Shown piece by piece: positions 27,826 through 37,456 of a DNA stretch of 64,000 bases. The DNA is from a virus. The DNA lies in IMG/VR virus record IMGVR_UViG_3300010392_000400, positions 5,629-69,628 of that record. One strand, written 5' to 3'. Made by a program: the position numbers and the translations under genes. The notes below the pieces were generated by a model. It worked only from the letters and a program-made list of their open reading frames with translations, was not told the origin of the DNA and ran no database searches. Every line of letters begins with the position of its first letter. Position 1 is the stretch's first letter.

Positions 27826-28131
27826 ATGGGACGCTGTGTAAAAAGAAGAGTTTTAGCGGTAGCTTTCGTTGATGGAGAAGTACTCATAGGAGAGAACGGG
27901 GTCGAAAATGAACAAGAGGTTTGCCCCCGTAAAGACATGAAAACTGGGGAGGGGTGGGAACTTTGTAAGTCTGTTTGTGCTCAAAGCGGCCACGCAGAAA
28001 TAGACCTAATTAAAAAAGCTGATGGTAACTTAAAGGGGGCTAACGTCGTTATTTTTAATCACTATTGGGTGTGTGACTCTTGTAGGAAAGCCTTAGAAGA
28101 AGCTAATGTAGGTGAGGTTATCTTTGGGTAA
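27826..28131 (+). CDS. dCMP/cytidine deaminase-like protein
   Basis: GHAE and WVCDSC zinc motifs. Confidence 0.75.
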   Translation: MGRCVKRRVLAVAFVDGEVLIGENGVENEQEVCPRKDMKTGEGWELCKSVCAQSGHAEIDLIKKADGNLKGANVVIFNHYWVCDSCRKALEEANVGEVIFG

Positions 28132-28206
28132 AGACCTTCGCCTCCCTTGTGATTGCCATAGGTATTACCCTAGTAGTACGAAAAGCCCTTAATTACTAAG
28201 GCGTCC

Positions 28207-28235
28207 TTGACTTCCCCAGATCACTATGATATAGT
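28207..28235 (+). promoter_or_regulatory. Sigma70-type promoter for RNR operon
   Basis: TTGACT-N17(..TATGA)-TATAGT. Confidence 0.75.
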
Positions 28236-28288
28236 CAAAGTCTTTTGTGCCTTAGCAGGTACTAACCTCCCTAAGAGAACAGGCAACC

Positions 28289-30229
28289 ATGTCCTTGAAC
28301 CCCTTTGAAAAACTTTCCAACCCAACTTATAGTGCATTCATAGCGCTAAGCCGCTACGCCCGTTGGCTCCCCGAGGAAAACCGAAGGGAGACTTGGGAAG
28401 AAACTGTAGATCGCTACTTCACGTTCATGGACGGACACCTGAAGAAGAAGCACAAGTACGCCCTTCCTAAGGGCCTTAGGAAAGAACTTCGTGACGCTGT
28501 GTACAACTTAGAAGTTATGCCCAGTATGAGAGCCCTGATGACCGCTGGCCCTGCCCTAGAACGATGTAACGTGGCAGGGTTCAACTGTTCCTACCTTCCT
28601 ATAGATCACCCTCGCGCCTTTGACGAGCTTTTGTACATCCTTATGTGTGGTACAGGGGTAGGGTTCTCTGTGGAAAAGGAGAACGTCCACAAACTTCCCG
28701 AAGTAGATGAAAACCTCGAACCTTGTGACACGACGATAATCGTAGAGGACTCCAAGGAAGGGTGGGCTAAGGGCACTAGACAGCTTATCTCCCTTTTGTA
28801 CGCAGGTCAAATTCCTGGATGGGACACAAGCCAACTAAGGAAGGCTGGGGCTCGCCTCGTTACCTTTGGTGGACGCTCCTCTGGTCCAGAGCCCCTAGAG
28901 GACCTCTTCCAGTTCGTCGTAGACATCTTCATAGCAGCCCAAGGAAGACAGCTAACGTCCTTGGAGTGCCACGACATAGCCTGTAAGATCGGAGATGTCG
29001 TAGTCGTAGGAGGTGTACGCAGAAGTGCCTTGATATCCCTTAGTGATATCGAAGACATACGGATGAGGGAGTCTAAGACAGGGCAATGGTACGATACTCA
29101 TGGGTGGCGTAAGCTGGCCAACAACTCAGCGGTGTACTCCCGAACCCCAGATATGCAACTGTTCTTCGAAGAGTGGCACTCCCTGTTTAAGTCCAAGTCT
29201 GGGGAGCGGGGTATTTTCAACAGGCAAGCCGCGTACAACGTCATGCCTGAGAGACGCCTAAGGAAGGTTGAGCTAAAGAACTCCGTATCTTGGATTCCCT
29301 TTGGGTGCAACCCGTGTTCTGAGATCATCCTTAGACCTTATCAATTCTGTAACCTCACTGAGATCGTAGCCCGTGCTTGGGATACAGAGGAAACTTTAGA
29401 CCGCAAGGTATTCCTTGCTACAGTCCTAGGGACTCTCCAAGCAACTCTTACGGACTTCAAGTACCTTAGGAAGATTTGGCAGAAGAACACGGAGGAAGAG
29501 CGACTCCTCGGGGTATCTATCACCGGGATCATGGACAGCCATATCTTAGCTGGTCGAGGGTATGAAGAAGGGCTTGAGTTGTTCAAAGAACACGCCGTAG
29601 CTACAAACAAGGAATTCTCGAAGAAGATCGGCATCCCCCAGAGCGCCGCGATTACTTGTGTCAAACCCTCAGGGACCGTGTCCCAGCTTGTGGATAGCGC
29701 CTCTGGCATTCACCCGAGACACTCAGAGTTCTATATCCGTAGGGTCCGTCAAGACACGAAGGACCCCCTTACTCAGTTCATGATAGCCCAAGGGTTTCCT
29801 AGTGAACCTGATGTCACAGACAGGGCAAATACCACAGTGTTTTCCTTCCCCATGGCCGCGCCTAAGGGGGCCTTGACACGCGATGATATATCTGCTATAG
29901 ACCAACTAGAATACTGGAAAGCCTACCAAGAACACTGGTGTGAGCATAAGCCTTCTTGTACTGTGTACATCCAGGAAGACGAGTGGCTCAAGGTAGGAGA
30001 CTGGGTCCACAGTCATTTTGACATGATGTCTGGTGTGTCCTTCTTTCCCTTCGTGGACCACGTATATCAGCAAGCCCCTTACGAGGAAATTACTGAGGAC
30101 GACTACGAAGAGCTAGTAAAGGAAATGCCCAAGGATGTCGATTGGACAAGGCTGCAAGAGTACGAAAAGGAAGATACAACAGTGGGTTCCCAAGAGCTTG
30201 CCTGTCAAGGGGGAGTCTGCGAAATCTAA
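28289..30229 (+). CDS. nrdJ: Class II (adenosylcobalamin-dependent) ribonucleotide reductase
   Basis: RRETWEET, PSMRALM, FNCS, VVGGVRRSA, NPCSEI, CNLTE, VKPSGT, EHKPS, C-terminal CQGGVC; no beta subunit adjacent. Confidence 0.92.
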   Translation: MSLNPFEKLSNPTYSAFIALSRYARWLPEENRRETWEETVDRYFTFMDGHLKKKHKYALPKGLRKELRDAVYNLEVMPSMRALMTAGPALERCNVAGFNCSYLPIDHPRAFDELLYILMCGTGVGFSVEKENVHKLPEVDENLEPCDTTIIVEDSKEGWAKGTRQLISLLYAGQIPGWDTSQLRKAGARLVTFGGRSSGPEPLEDLFQFVVDIFIAAQGRQLTSLECHDIACKIGDVVVVGGVRRSALISLSDIEDIRMRESKTGQWYDTHGWRKLANNSAVYSRTPDMQLFFEEWHSLFKSKSGERGIFNRQAAYNVMPERRLRKVELKNSVSWIPFGCNPCSEIILRPYQFCNLTEIVARAWDTEETLDRKVFLATVLGTLQATLTDFKYLRKIWQKNTEEERLLGVSITGIMDSHILAGRGYEEGLELFKEHAVATNKEFSKKIGIPQSAAITCVKPSGTVSQLVDSASGIHPRHSEFYIRRVRQDTKDPLTQFMIAQGFPSEPDVTDRANTTVFSFPMAAPKGALTRDDISAIDQLEYWKAYQEHWCEHKPSCTVYIQEDEWLKVGDWVHSHFDMMSGVSFFPFVDHVYQQAPYEEITEDDYEELVKEMPKDVDWTRLQEYEKEDTTVGSQELACQGGVCEI

Positions 30230-30239
30230 AGGAGACTTC

Positions 30240-30473
30240 GTGACCAAGAAAAATGTAAGAGCCACTAAGTTCTATTCTCAGGCGTGTAGCGTAGTGGCTA
30301 CTACAACTAAGTACATACGGTTCTTAAACAAGGAACCTAACCAGTTAGACCTAGTAAAATCCATAGGAACTTTAGTAGACCTAGAAAACTCTGTAGAAGC
30401 TTTCCTAGGGACTATCCGCGAAACAAAGGAGAACTTAACAGCTAAGTTTTCCCTTGCCCCACCAGAGGAGTAG
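30240..30473 (+). CDS. Hypothetical protein
   Basis: AAGGAG RBS before GTG 30240. Confidence 0.6.
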   Translation: MTKKNVRATKFYSQACSVVATTTKYIRFLNKEPNQLDLVKSIGTLVDLENSVEAFLGTIRETKENLTAKFSLAPPEE

Positions 30474-30476
30474 CCA

Positions 30477-30911
30477 ATGCCTAAAAGACCAAGCGTGGTC
30501 GTCTCAAGGGAAGACGCAAAGATCATCCGAGAAAATCAATTAGAGTACGACCACACCCCATTAGAAGATACGTATGCTACTGAGGATGCTCCTCAGTTAG
30601 ACCTTGACTTAGACAATGGAATCCCTCTGGTTAACGTAGCCCACCCAAGTATTTTCCCAGTAAGTGCACTTGAGACAGCTGAGATTGAAATTCCTTTGGG
30701 TGCTTTAGACGAACAAGTGGGTGGGGATCACTACAAAGATTGCAAGATTCAACCTTTAGAGTACGCCTACGCTAACGACCTGAATGTCTGTGAACACGCT
30801 ATTGTCAAGTACATTACTAGGCACCGTAAGAAAGGCCAAGTCCAAGACCTTGAAAAGGTCATTCACTATGCTCGGCTAGAAGCCAAGCTCACCTATGGAG
30901 AAGATATCTAA
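30477..30911 (+). CDS. DUF3310 (T7 gp1.7-like nucleotide kinase) domain protein
   Basis: QVGGDHYK..IQP, IVKYITR..KKG..QDLEKVIHY. Confidence 0.85.
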   Translation: MPKRPSVVVSREDAKIIRENQLEYDHTPLEDTYATEDAPQLDLDLDNGIPLVNVAHPSIFPVSALETAEIEIPLGALDEQVGGDHYKDCKIQPLEYAYANDLNVCEHAIVKYITRHRKKGQVQDLEKVIHYARLEAKLTYGEDI

Positions 30912-31213
30912 TGTCCACAAAAGAACCAAGAGTTCGCCTTAACCAACCTGAGCAAGAACTGTACGAAGCAGACCTCGAAAAAGCGTTCATCCAATTTAAC
31001 AATATCCGTGTAGGACGTTGGGAAATCAAAGAACACGACGAATTCGACAGAGTCTTTGCACGTATCATGAACAAGTCACCCTACGACCTCACAGGTCCTT
31101 TAACCTTTACTAACTGTGTGACCGGTGATGTTTTTATTATTTCCCCTAGTATGTCAATGTGTGTTGCTGCGGGATTCGATAAGGACACAGTAGGCACTGG
31201 ACTTGACCACTAA
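30911..31213 (+). CDS. Hypothetical protein
   Basis: TAATG coupling, 100 aa. Confidence 0.6.
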   Translation: MSTKEPRVRLNQPEQELYEADLEKAFIQFNNIRVGRWEIKEHDEFDRVFARIMNKSPYDLTGPLTFTNCVTGDVFIISPSMSMCVAAGFDKDTVGTGLDH

Positions 31214-32027
31214 TGAGCATCTCCACGCCTTCCTTGGATACGACGAAAAGCAAGACCTCGCGTGGGAAGTCTGCGCAGAATCCATCCGTCAAAGCGCTTC
31301 AAGGCCTGTATCCATTCACAAGTTGGACCATAGAATGCTACGGGACCTTGGATTGTTCGACCGGGAGTGGGTCGTCGAAGGAAAAACCGGAAGGTACAAA
31401 GACACCGGAGACGGAAAGCCAGCCAGTACTCAGTTTTCGCACAGCAGGTTCTTGGTTCCTGCACTGGTAAAGCACCTTGGCATTAACCAAGCGCACAACG
31501 CTTTGTTTGTTGACTCAGACTTCGTGTTTCTTGATGACCCCTATGAGTTGCTCTGGGAGTGTGGTCTTACCGAAGGCAATCATACACAGTTCCCCGTACA
31601 CGTAGTCAAGCATGAGTACAACCCGGACAAGGGTCTTAAGATGGACGGACAAGTCCAAGTACCCTATGCCATGAAACTCTGGAGTTCCTTGATGGTCTTT
31701 AACCTGAGGGACCCAAGAATCTACGACCTCACAGCGAACAAGGTTAATACTATGACTGGTAGGGACCTCCACCAGTTCCAGTGGCTTAACCCTAAGAAAG
31801 ACCCTCTCTGGAACAGTGATAATTTCTTAGGTAGAATCTCGGAACGGTGGAACTTTATCCCAGACCACTCAGAACCTAGAGTACCTGAGAAGGACATAGG
31901 GGCCGTACACTGGACAGAAGGCATTCCTTCTATTCCTGGGTACTCAAATTGTAAGTACGCAGATATGTGGAATGACGTGTGTCGCAAAGTGTACCGCACC
32001 AAACTAAAGATGGATTTTTATGAATAA
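31203..32027 (+). CDS. GT-A fold glycosyltransferase (CDI-like)
   Basis: FLGYD, STQFSHSRFLVP, FVDSDF (DxD), VVKH, KMDGQVQ, WSSLM, LHQFQW, HWTEG. Confidence 0.85.
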   Translation: MTTNEHLHAFLGYDEKQDLAWEVCAESIRQSASRPVSIHKLDHRMLRDLGLFDREWVVEGKTGRYKDTGDGKPASTQFSHSRFLVPALVKHLGINQAHNALFVDSDFVFLDDPYELLWECGLTEGNHTQFPVHVVKHEYNPDKGLKMDGQVQVPYAMKLWSSLMVFNLRDPRIYDLTANKVNTMTGRDLHQFQWLNPKKDPLWNSDNFLGRISERWNFIPDHSEPRVPEKDIGAVHWTEGIPSIPGYSNCKYADMWNDVCRKVYRTKLKMDFYE

Positions 32028-32351
32028 GTATCACGTAGTAACATCGTTCTCAGATAAGCTTTGAAAAAGTGGTGTACGAAAGACTAGCAAAGGAATAGTA
32101 AGAAATACTATGGAATATGACTACGAAGTAACAGCTGGACAGATGATTGTCTGGTGCATTATTTTCCTTCCCATCTTCTTTGTGATGGCCCCTGTTTTTT
32201 TCCTTTGGTGCTTAGCCCTTTTAGGCATTACCTTTGCGGGTTTTCTCCTAATTGCCACCCTTGGCGCTAAGATAGACAAGATTCTGGAAAGGAACTCTAA
32301 GTGACCAAGTACCACGTAGTAACATCGTTCTCAGATAAGCTTTGGAAAAGT
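32026..32351 (+). repeat. Direct repeat of glycosyltransferase gene start (32-bp identical core 32032-32063, 32313-32344)
   Basis: cacgtagtaacatcgttctcagataagctttg occurs twice; the first copy ends in TGA where the gene has TGG. Confidence 0.9.
32110..32304 (+). CDS. Small membrane protein
   Basis: 64 aa, hydrophobic; lies between the repeats. Confidence 0.6.
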   Translation: MEYDYEVTAGQMIVWCIIFLPIFFVMAPVFFLWCLALLGITFAGFLLIATLGAKIDKILERNSK

Positions 32352-33176
32352 TACGCTCAACATACTGTCCCTAGTGTCTACGCTAACCTCCCCGAGGGGG
32401 TTGGCCTCACAGTGTGGTACAACGGGGACTATGATCCCAAGTGGAAAGAAGCTCTGCCTGAGGCGGAGTTCAAAGACCTTAACGCTGTGGCAGACTACCA
32501 GTACTACCGCCAGAAGTACAAGGGAGTCCAAGCTCCCGAAGGAGTCGAAGAAGGACACAAGTTTCGCTTCGACCACCTTCCCTTCTGGAACAAGGTGTGC
32601 GCTCTGTACAAAGAAGCTATGGATTTGTTTGTACACGGTGCAGACTATGAATATCTTGTGTGGATCGACGCTGACGTTCTTTCCCAAAAGAAAATTCGAA
32701 TTAAAGACTTCGACCGTTGGACTAACGATGCTGACGTAGCCACCTTGGTACGAGGAAAGCCTTGGAATACTTGGGACACTGGATTCTTAGCTATTCGTTG
32801 GAATGCGCTTAAACTTGTTGAAGAGGTCTTTGACCTGTACATGAGTGGACGTATCTTTGACCACAACGAGTGGCACGATGCGTACTTGTTCACAGTGATG
32901 TACAAGAGATACAAGGAAGACCTTAGGCTCAAAGACCTTAACATGATGTCCTCCTCTGCTCACCCCTTTGACTCTTCGATCCTTCCTCCGTATCTCATGC
33001 ACCTTAAGGGCCCTAGGAAGAAGACCTTGGAAATTCTAGACCCCCGCTCTCTCAACGGGGTGTTTACTTCGCTCTACACAGGGGTCATAAACGAGAGGAA
33101 AGAGACCGTAGGAACCCTAAAGGAAAACGGAGACATTGTTCACCCCAATGGGGGCATAAGGAGTATCTATGAGTAA
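32301..33176 (+). CDS. GT-A fold glycosyltransferase
   Basis: VVTSF, FRFD..FWNKV, WIDADV (DxD), DTGF, EWHDAY, HLKG. Confidence 0.75.
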   Translation: MTKYHVVTSFSDKLWKSYAQHTVPSVYANLPEGVGLTVWYNGDYDPKWKEALPEAEFKDLNAVADYQYYRQKYKGVQAPEGVEEGHKFRFDHLPFWNKVCALYKEAMDLFVHGADYEYLVWIDADVLSQKKIRIKDFDRWTNDADVATLVRGKPWNTWDTGFLAIRWNALKLVEEVFDLYMSGRIFDHNEWHDAYLFTVMYKRYKEDLRLKDLNMMSSSAHPFDSSILPPYLMHLKGPRKKTLEILDPRSLNGVFTSLYTGVINERKETVGTLKENGDIVHPNGGIRSIYE

Positions 33177-33720
33177 ATCAAAACTTATCTCAGACGAGTA
33201 CGTAGCTTTGAACAAAAATCTTCACGCAGATAACCCTCTGTACGGGTCGAAGTCCTGGAAGCAGCTTGAGAACGTAGTCCACTCTCTTGACCTTAAAGCA
33301 GGAGATACCCTGTTGGACTACGGATGTGGCAAGGCGTCCCTCCAAAGGGAACTTGCCAAGAGAAGTATTAACGTAGTTAGCTACGATCCTGCTATTTCTG
33401 CGTATGCTAAGCACCCCTCAGAGTACAAAGAGTATCCCTTTGAGTACGTAGTATGTATGGATGTTCTGGAGCACGTAGAACCTGACATGCTCCCCCACGT
33501 ACTCGACGATATCCAAAAGAGCTTCACAAAGAAGGCGTTTATCCTTATCTCCACGGAACCTTCGAATAAGACCCTTAAGGACGGAAGGAACGCCCATTTG
33601 ATTATTCAGGCCCGTAATTTCTGGATGGACAGGCTGGCAGACCGAGGGTTCAACGTAGAGAAGTTAGTAGACAATCGCAAGGGCTGGGTAGGTGTCCTTT
33701 GCGCCAAGGAGTCGAGCTAG
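33169..33720 (+). CDS. Class I SAM-dependent methyltransferase
   Basis: LLDYGCGK, YDPA, VVCMDVLEHV, DGRNAH. Confidence 0.88.
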   Translation: MSKSKLISDEYVALNKNLHADNPLYGSKSWKQLENVVHSLDLKAGDTLLDYGCGKASLQRELAKRSINVVSYDPAISAYAKHPSEYKEYPFEYVVCMDVLEHVEPDMLPHVLDDIQKSFTKKAFILISTEPSNKTLKDGRNAHLIIQARNFWMDRLADRGFNVEKLVDNRKGWVGVLCAKESS

Positions 33721-33721
33721 C

Positions 33722-34405
33722 ATGGGATTTAAAGTAGCTACAACAGCAGAGGTATACGAAGAACTCCATAGCAACGGAGCTAGTGCCAGTAGTTCAGTAG
33801 ATAGGATCAAGGCTATAACTGGGGAGTTAAAAAATGCTTTGGAAAGTGGTGCTGAAGGTGACGTATATGAATTTGGAGTATACAAAGGCTCTACTTCGTT
33901 GGTCTTAGCAGTATCACTAGCACACCCTGGTATAAATAAGAAATTGTACTTGTACGATACTTTTGAAGGTATGCCAAAGGGTGACCCTGAAGTAGATACT
34001 AAGATTAAAATTTCCAGAGGGCCTTTACCTGAAGGAGCTTTAGCCTTTTCTGAAGAAAACCTTATAAGTTTCGTAGAAGAAAAAACTGCAAAGCTAACTG
34101 GAAAACCCCCTGCCTTTACCACAATAAAAGGTGACATAAGGGAAACGTACAAAGGGTGTTCTCCAATAGCTTTCGCTGTTATGGACGTAGATTACTACGA
34201 CACTACAAAGTTTCTCTATGATACTATGGCACCCAATCTTTCCGTAGGTGGCGTTGTATACGTAGACGATTACTTCAATTGGGAGGGAGCTAGGAAGGCT
34301 ACTGATGAATTCTTAGACAAAAACACAGAATTCGAAGGGTACCTTGTTCGTCCTAAGTGGTTCTTTATTCGGAGAAAATTGAAGGGAAATTCTAATGGGG
34401 TTTAA
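33722..34405 (+). CDS. TylF/MycF-like sugar O-methyltransferase
   Basis: GDVYEFGVYKG, YDTFEGMP, KGD, DVDYY, GGVVYVDDY..WEGARKA. Confidence 0.88.
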   Translation: MGFKVATTAEVYEELHSNGASASSSVDRIKAITGELKNALESGAEGDVYEFGVYKGSTSLVLAVSLAHPGINKKLYLYDTFEGMPKGDPEVDTKIKISRGPLPEGALAFSEENLISFVEEKTAKLTGKPPAFTTIKGDIRETYKGCSPIAFAVMDVDYYDTTKFLYDTMAPNLSVGGVVYVDDYFNWEGARKATDEFLDKNTEFEGYLVRPKWFFIRRKLKGNSNGV

Positions 34406-34973
34406 AGTATCCCAAGAACAAGAGGAGATCGAAGCCCTCCTAAAAGAGGTCGGAGAGATTTCTTCGTACTTGGAAATTGGTTCGTACGCTGGGGAATCCC
34501 TTCTGTACGTTTACAAGTACCTTAAGGAAGGCTCCACTGTGGTCTTGGTAGACTTGCCTGTGAACCAAAAGGCTAGGGACCACCTCATGAAAGTCATAGA
34601 GACCCTAGGTAAAGCTGGGATCACAGTTCACCTTATCTCAGGGGACTCCCAAGACCCCTTTATTATAGAGAAGGCCAGAGAGTTTGCTCCTAGTGGGTTC
34701 TACGACTTAACTTTTATCGACGGTAACCACGACTTTGATTACGTTGTGAAAGACCTTCACGCCTACGGCCCTATGTCCAAACGTATTGCTATGCACGACA
34801 TTGACCCTAGGGCTATCAAAGCTAACAAAGCTAAACACGGATACGAGAAACCGAGTGCCGCCCACGTATGGCAAGTTCTTAAGATGTCTGGAGAGACACA
34901 AGAGTTTATTAAACAGGGATCATCCAAACCTAGAGGTCTGGGATTACTAAGAGGAACAAGTATAAGTGCCTAA
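34395..34973 (+). CDS. Methyltransferase (Methyltransf_24-like)
   Basis: YLEIGSYAGES, GDSQ, DLTFIDGNH..VVKD, MHD. Confidence 0.85.
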   Translation: MGFKVSQEQEEIEALLKEVGEISSYLEIGSYAGESLLYVYKYLKEGSTVVLVDLPVNQKARDHLMKVIETLGKAGITVHLISGDSQDPFIIEKAREFAPSGFYDLTFIDGNHDFDYVVKDLHAYGPMSKRIAMHDIDPRAIKANKAKHGYEKPSAAHVWQVLKMSGETQEFIKQGSSKPRGLGLLRGTSISA

Positions 34974-35790
34974 AACACCTGAAATAGAACTAGAGGAAAT
35001 GCTGGAGAGGTTCAAAGCGGACCACGAAGCTAAAGGACTAGCCCTCTCTACAGAGACGAAATACTCTGGGGGCAAGGTATCTGAGAGTAACCCTCTGCGT
35101 ATTGTAACGTGGTTTTGGAACGACCCAGAAGCTAAGAACCTAGCGTTCTTTGAGTGGACCCCAGACCACGTCCATAAACTTGCCGCAGGGTTCAAACGGC
35201 ACCTTAAGATTCCTCACGAGTTCTGTGTTGTGACAGACAGAGGGTCTGAGCTAGACGCTAGTAAGGTCCGTATCATCCCTATGTGGGACGACCTGAGAAA
35301 CTGGAAGAGGTGTTACACACGACTCAAAGCCTTCTCCCCGGAGATGTACAACACCATAGGTCCACGGTTTGTCTCGGTAGACCTAGACACCCTGATCGTA
35401 GGGGACATCACTTCGATCTTTGATCGCCCTGAACCCTTCGTAGGGTACCGGGATTCCAAGAACCCTCTGTGTTACTCAGGGGCTTTGTGGATGAAGGACT
35501 ACGAGGCAGAGAACCAAGTCTGGGAGACCATACGCCTCGTACGTGCCTTGGACCTTGGGGAAGCTCGGTACGTAGGGTCTGACCAGTGCTGGATTACTAC
35601 GGCCATTGGCCCTAAGTTGCGCCCACGGTGGTCGAGGGAGGACGGTATCTACGACTTTTGGAATATCGAAGGGTTGCCTAAGCTCCCTGAGAATTCCAAG
35701 ATCATCTTTTTTAACGGTATGACCAGGGATATGTCTATGAAGAAATTCCAAGACACTTGTCCTTGGATCGAAGAACACTGGAAGGAGTAA
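34966..35790 (+). CDS. GT-A fold glycosyltransferase
   Basis: HEFCVVTD, RLKAF, VDLDTLIVG, SDQCWI, IIFFNG. Confidence 0.78.
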   Translation: MPKTPEIELEEMLERFKADHEAKGLALSTETKYSGGKVSESNPLRIVTWFWNDPEAKNLAFFEWTPDHVHKLAAGFKRHLKIPHEFCVVTDRGSELDASKVRIIPMWDDLRNWKRCYTRLKAFSPEMYNTIGPRFVSVDLDTLIVGDITSIFDRPEPFVGYRDSKNPLCYSGALWMKDYEAENQVWETIRLVRALDLGEARYVGSDQCWITTAIGPKLRPRWSREDGIYDFWNIEGLPKLPENSKIIFFNGMTRDMSMKKFQDTCPWIEEHWKE

Positions 35791-35793
35791 CTT

Positions 35794-36009
35794 ATGGGTA
35801 GCATCGAATGGGATTGTGCTGGTAAGACAGCTTTGTTTTTTGGAGGGATACTTCTTTGGCCGATTGGGCTTGGCTACGGAATAGCCACAGAAAACAGGGC
35901 TTTGCTATTACTTCTCATAGCTTCCCTTATACTAGGAGGTATAGGAGTACTCGCTGTGAACTTTTATCGAATTTGTGCCAGAGAAAAGAGGATTAAAAAC
36001 CATGACTAA
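35794..36009 (+). CDS. Small two-TM membrane protein
   Basis: AAGGAG RBS; hydrophobic. Confidence 0.6.
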   Translation: MGSIEWDCAGKTALFFGGILLWPIGLGYGIATENRALLLLLIASLILGGIGVLAVNFYRICAREKRIKNHD

Positions 36010-36319
36010 CGAAGTAACCAATACCCAAGGTATCTGGATTGAAACAGTATGTGTCCCTCTGCCTTCCGCCGTAGTTGGAGGATTTGACCCGAAGGGCCTT
36101 TGGGTTATCACGAAGAAGAACGAAGAACCCCCTATGCCTTTAATGGGTTCTGCCCCAGATGTTCTCCATTATGATATCTCAGGTCAGTGGCTCCCGTTCA
36201 GTGAGAACACTTTGTTCTTTGAAACACCGGAGCAAGCTGAGAGATGTGCTAAGAAAATCTTGGCCTTTACCAAGGAAACACGCTCTGTTGAAGAGACTAA
36301 CGTAACGGAGTTGAATTAG
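36002..36319 (+). CDS. Hypothetical protein
   Basis: GAGG RBS before ATG 36002. Confidence 0.6.
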   Translation: MTNEVTNTQGIWIETVCVPLPSAVVGGFDPKGLWVITKKNEEPPMPLMGSAPDVLHYDISGQWLPFSENTLFFETPEQAERCAKKILAFTKETRSVEETNVTELN

Positions 36320-37233
36320 TGGCAGCTAAGCACGTCAAAGTAAAGCCTGTAGACTGTGAGCCCGATGAAGTCATAGCACGGAATATAATCCATAATTGCC
36401 AGATGATAAAGAACTGGCTTGGCCCGTGTAAGACCCACGACATGCAAGCGTGGTTGTTCTCTGCTGGCCCTTCCTTAGACTTCGCTACAAAGGAGATGTT
36501 TCCAAAGAAGTACTTTGATGGGCTTCCTCGGGACTCCTATCGTATCTTCTGTATCAAACACGCTCTCCCAGCCCTCAAAGAAGCTGGGGTTATCCCGGAC
36601 TTCTGTGTGGCCCTTGACCCTCGGGAGATCAAAGGGACCTCTACACACGGGAAACCCCGTGAGGAGCTCTACGCTGCTGCCCCTAAAGAAACAACGATGC
36701 TCATAGCATCCATGACACACCCTAGCGTTACCAAGTACCTCCTAGATCGTGGGTACAAAGTTGTAGGGTGGCACGCCGCCTCAGGAGCTTTGAACTCCTT
36801 GTTAGAACAAGGTATCATGAAACAGTGTATCCAACTGGACGGGGGGACTTCTTCTGCTATGCGAACACTGTCCATTGCCCACCACCTAGGGTTCCGAGAA
36901 GCCAACCTTGTAGGCTTTGATTGTTCCTTGGAGGGAGAACCTAAAGAGAACGAGTTACAGCCTTCAGACAAACCTGGAGGCCCTGAGAGGTACAAGTACT
37001 TCGAGGTCAAGAACCCCAAGGACAAAAGGGATCAGTTTGAGTTCTGGGCCTCTGGAGAGCTAGTAGCCCAAGCCCAAGATATCGAAGCTGCTTTGGCCAA
37101 TGCCAAGTTAGCAGACCTAGAGCTAAGGTTCTACGGACTGGACCCAGAGAACAGCTACGGTGGTAACGTAGTAGAGCACACTAAGAATTTGACTAAGTTC
37201 CCTTTATACGAAGAAAGGTTCCCAAATGTTTGA
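36319..37233 (+). CDS. DUF115/Maf (MptE-like) family protein, putative sugar transferase
   Basis: SAGPSL, GVIPDFCVALDP, ASMTHP, GGTSSAMR, LGFR..LVGFD. Confidence 0.72.
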   Translation: MAAKHVKVKPVDCEPDEVIARNIIHNCQMIKNWLGPCKTHDMQAWLFSAGPSLDFATKEMFPKKYFDGLPRDSYRIFCIKHALPALKEAGVIPDFCVALDPREIKGTSTHGKPREELYAAAPKETTMLIASMTHPSVTKYLLDRGYKVVGWHAASGALNSLLEQGIMKQCIQLDGGTSSAMRTLSIAHHLGFREANLVGFDCSLEGEPKENELQPSDKPGGPERYKYFEVKNPKDKRDQFEFWASGELVAQAQDIEAALANAKLADLELRFYGLDPENSYGGNVVEHTKNLTKFPLYEERFPNV

Positions 37234-37456
37234 ATCTCGAAGAAGATTCGGGGACGCCCCCTACAGACCAAAAAACTTCGGAGACGAAGAGTCCCCAAGA
37301 AACTTTAACATCTTAGCTTCCATAGGGGGAACCCTCGTATCAATCGGAGGGCACATGGTATCTTCTAGTAGAACTGTGACAAGCCTTGCCCTTAGTAACT
37401 TAGGTATTGGTACCGCCCCAGAGAAACGTGAAGGAGAGTACGTTGAGTACGACTAA
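37226..37456 (+). CDS. Hypothetical protein
   Basis: Overlapping operon ORF, 76 aa. Confidence 0.5.
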   Translation: MFESRRRFGDAPYRPKNFGDEESPRNFNILASIGGTLVSIGGHMVSSSRTVTSLALSNLGIGTAPEKREGEYVEYD

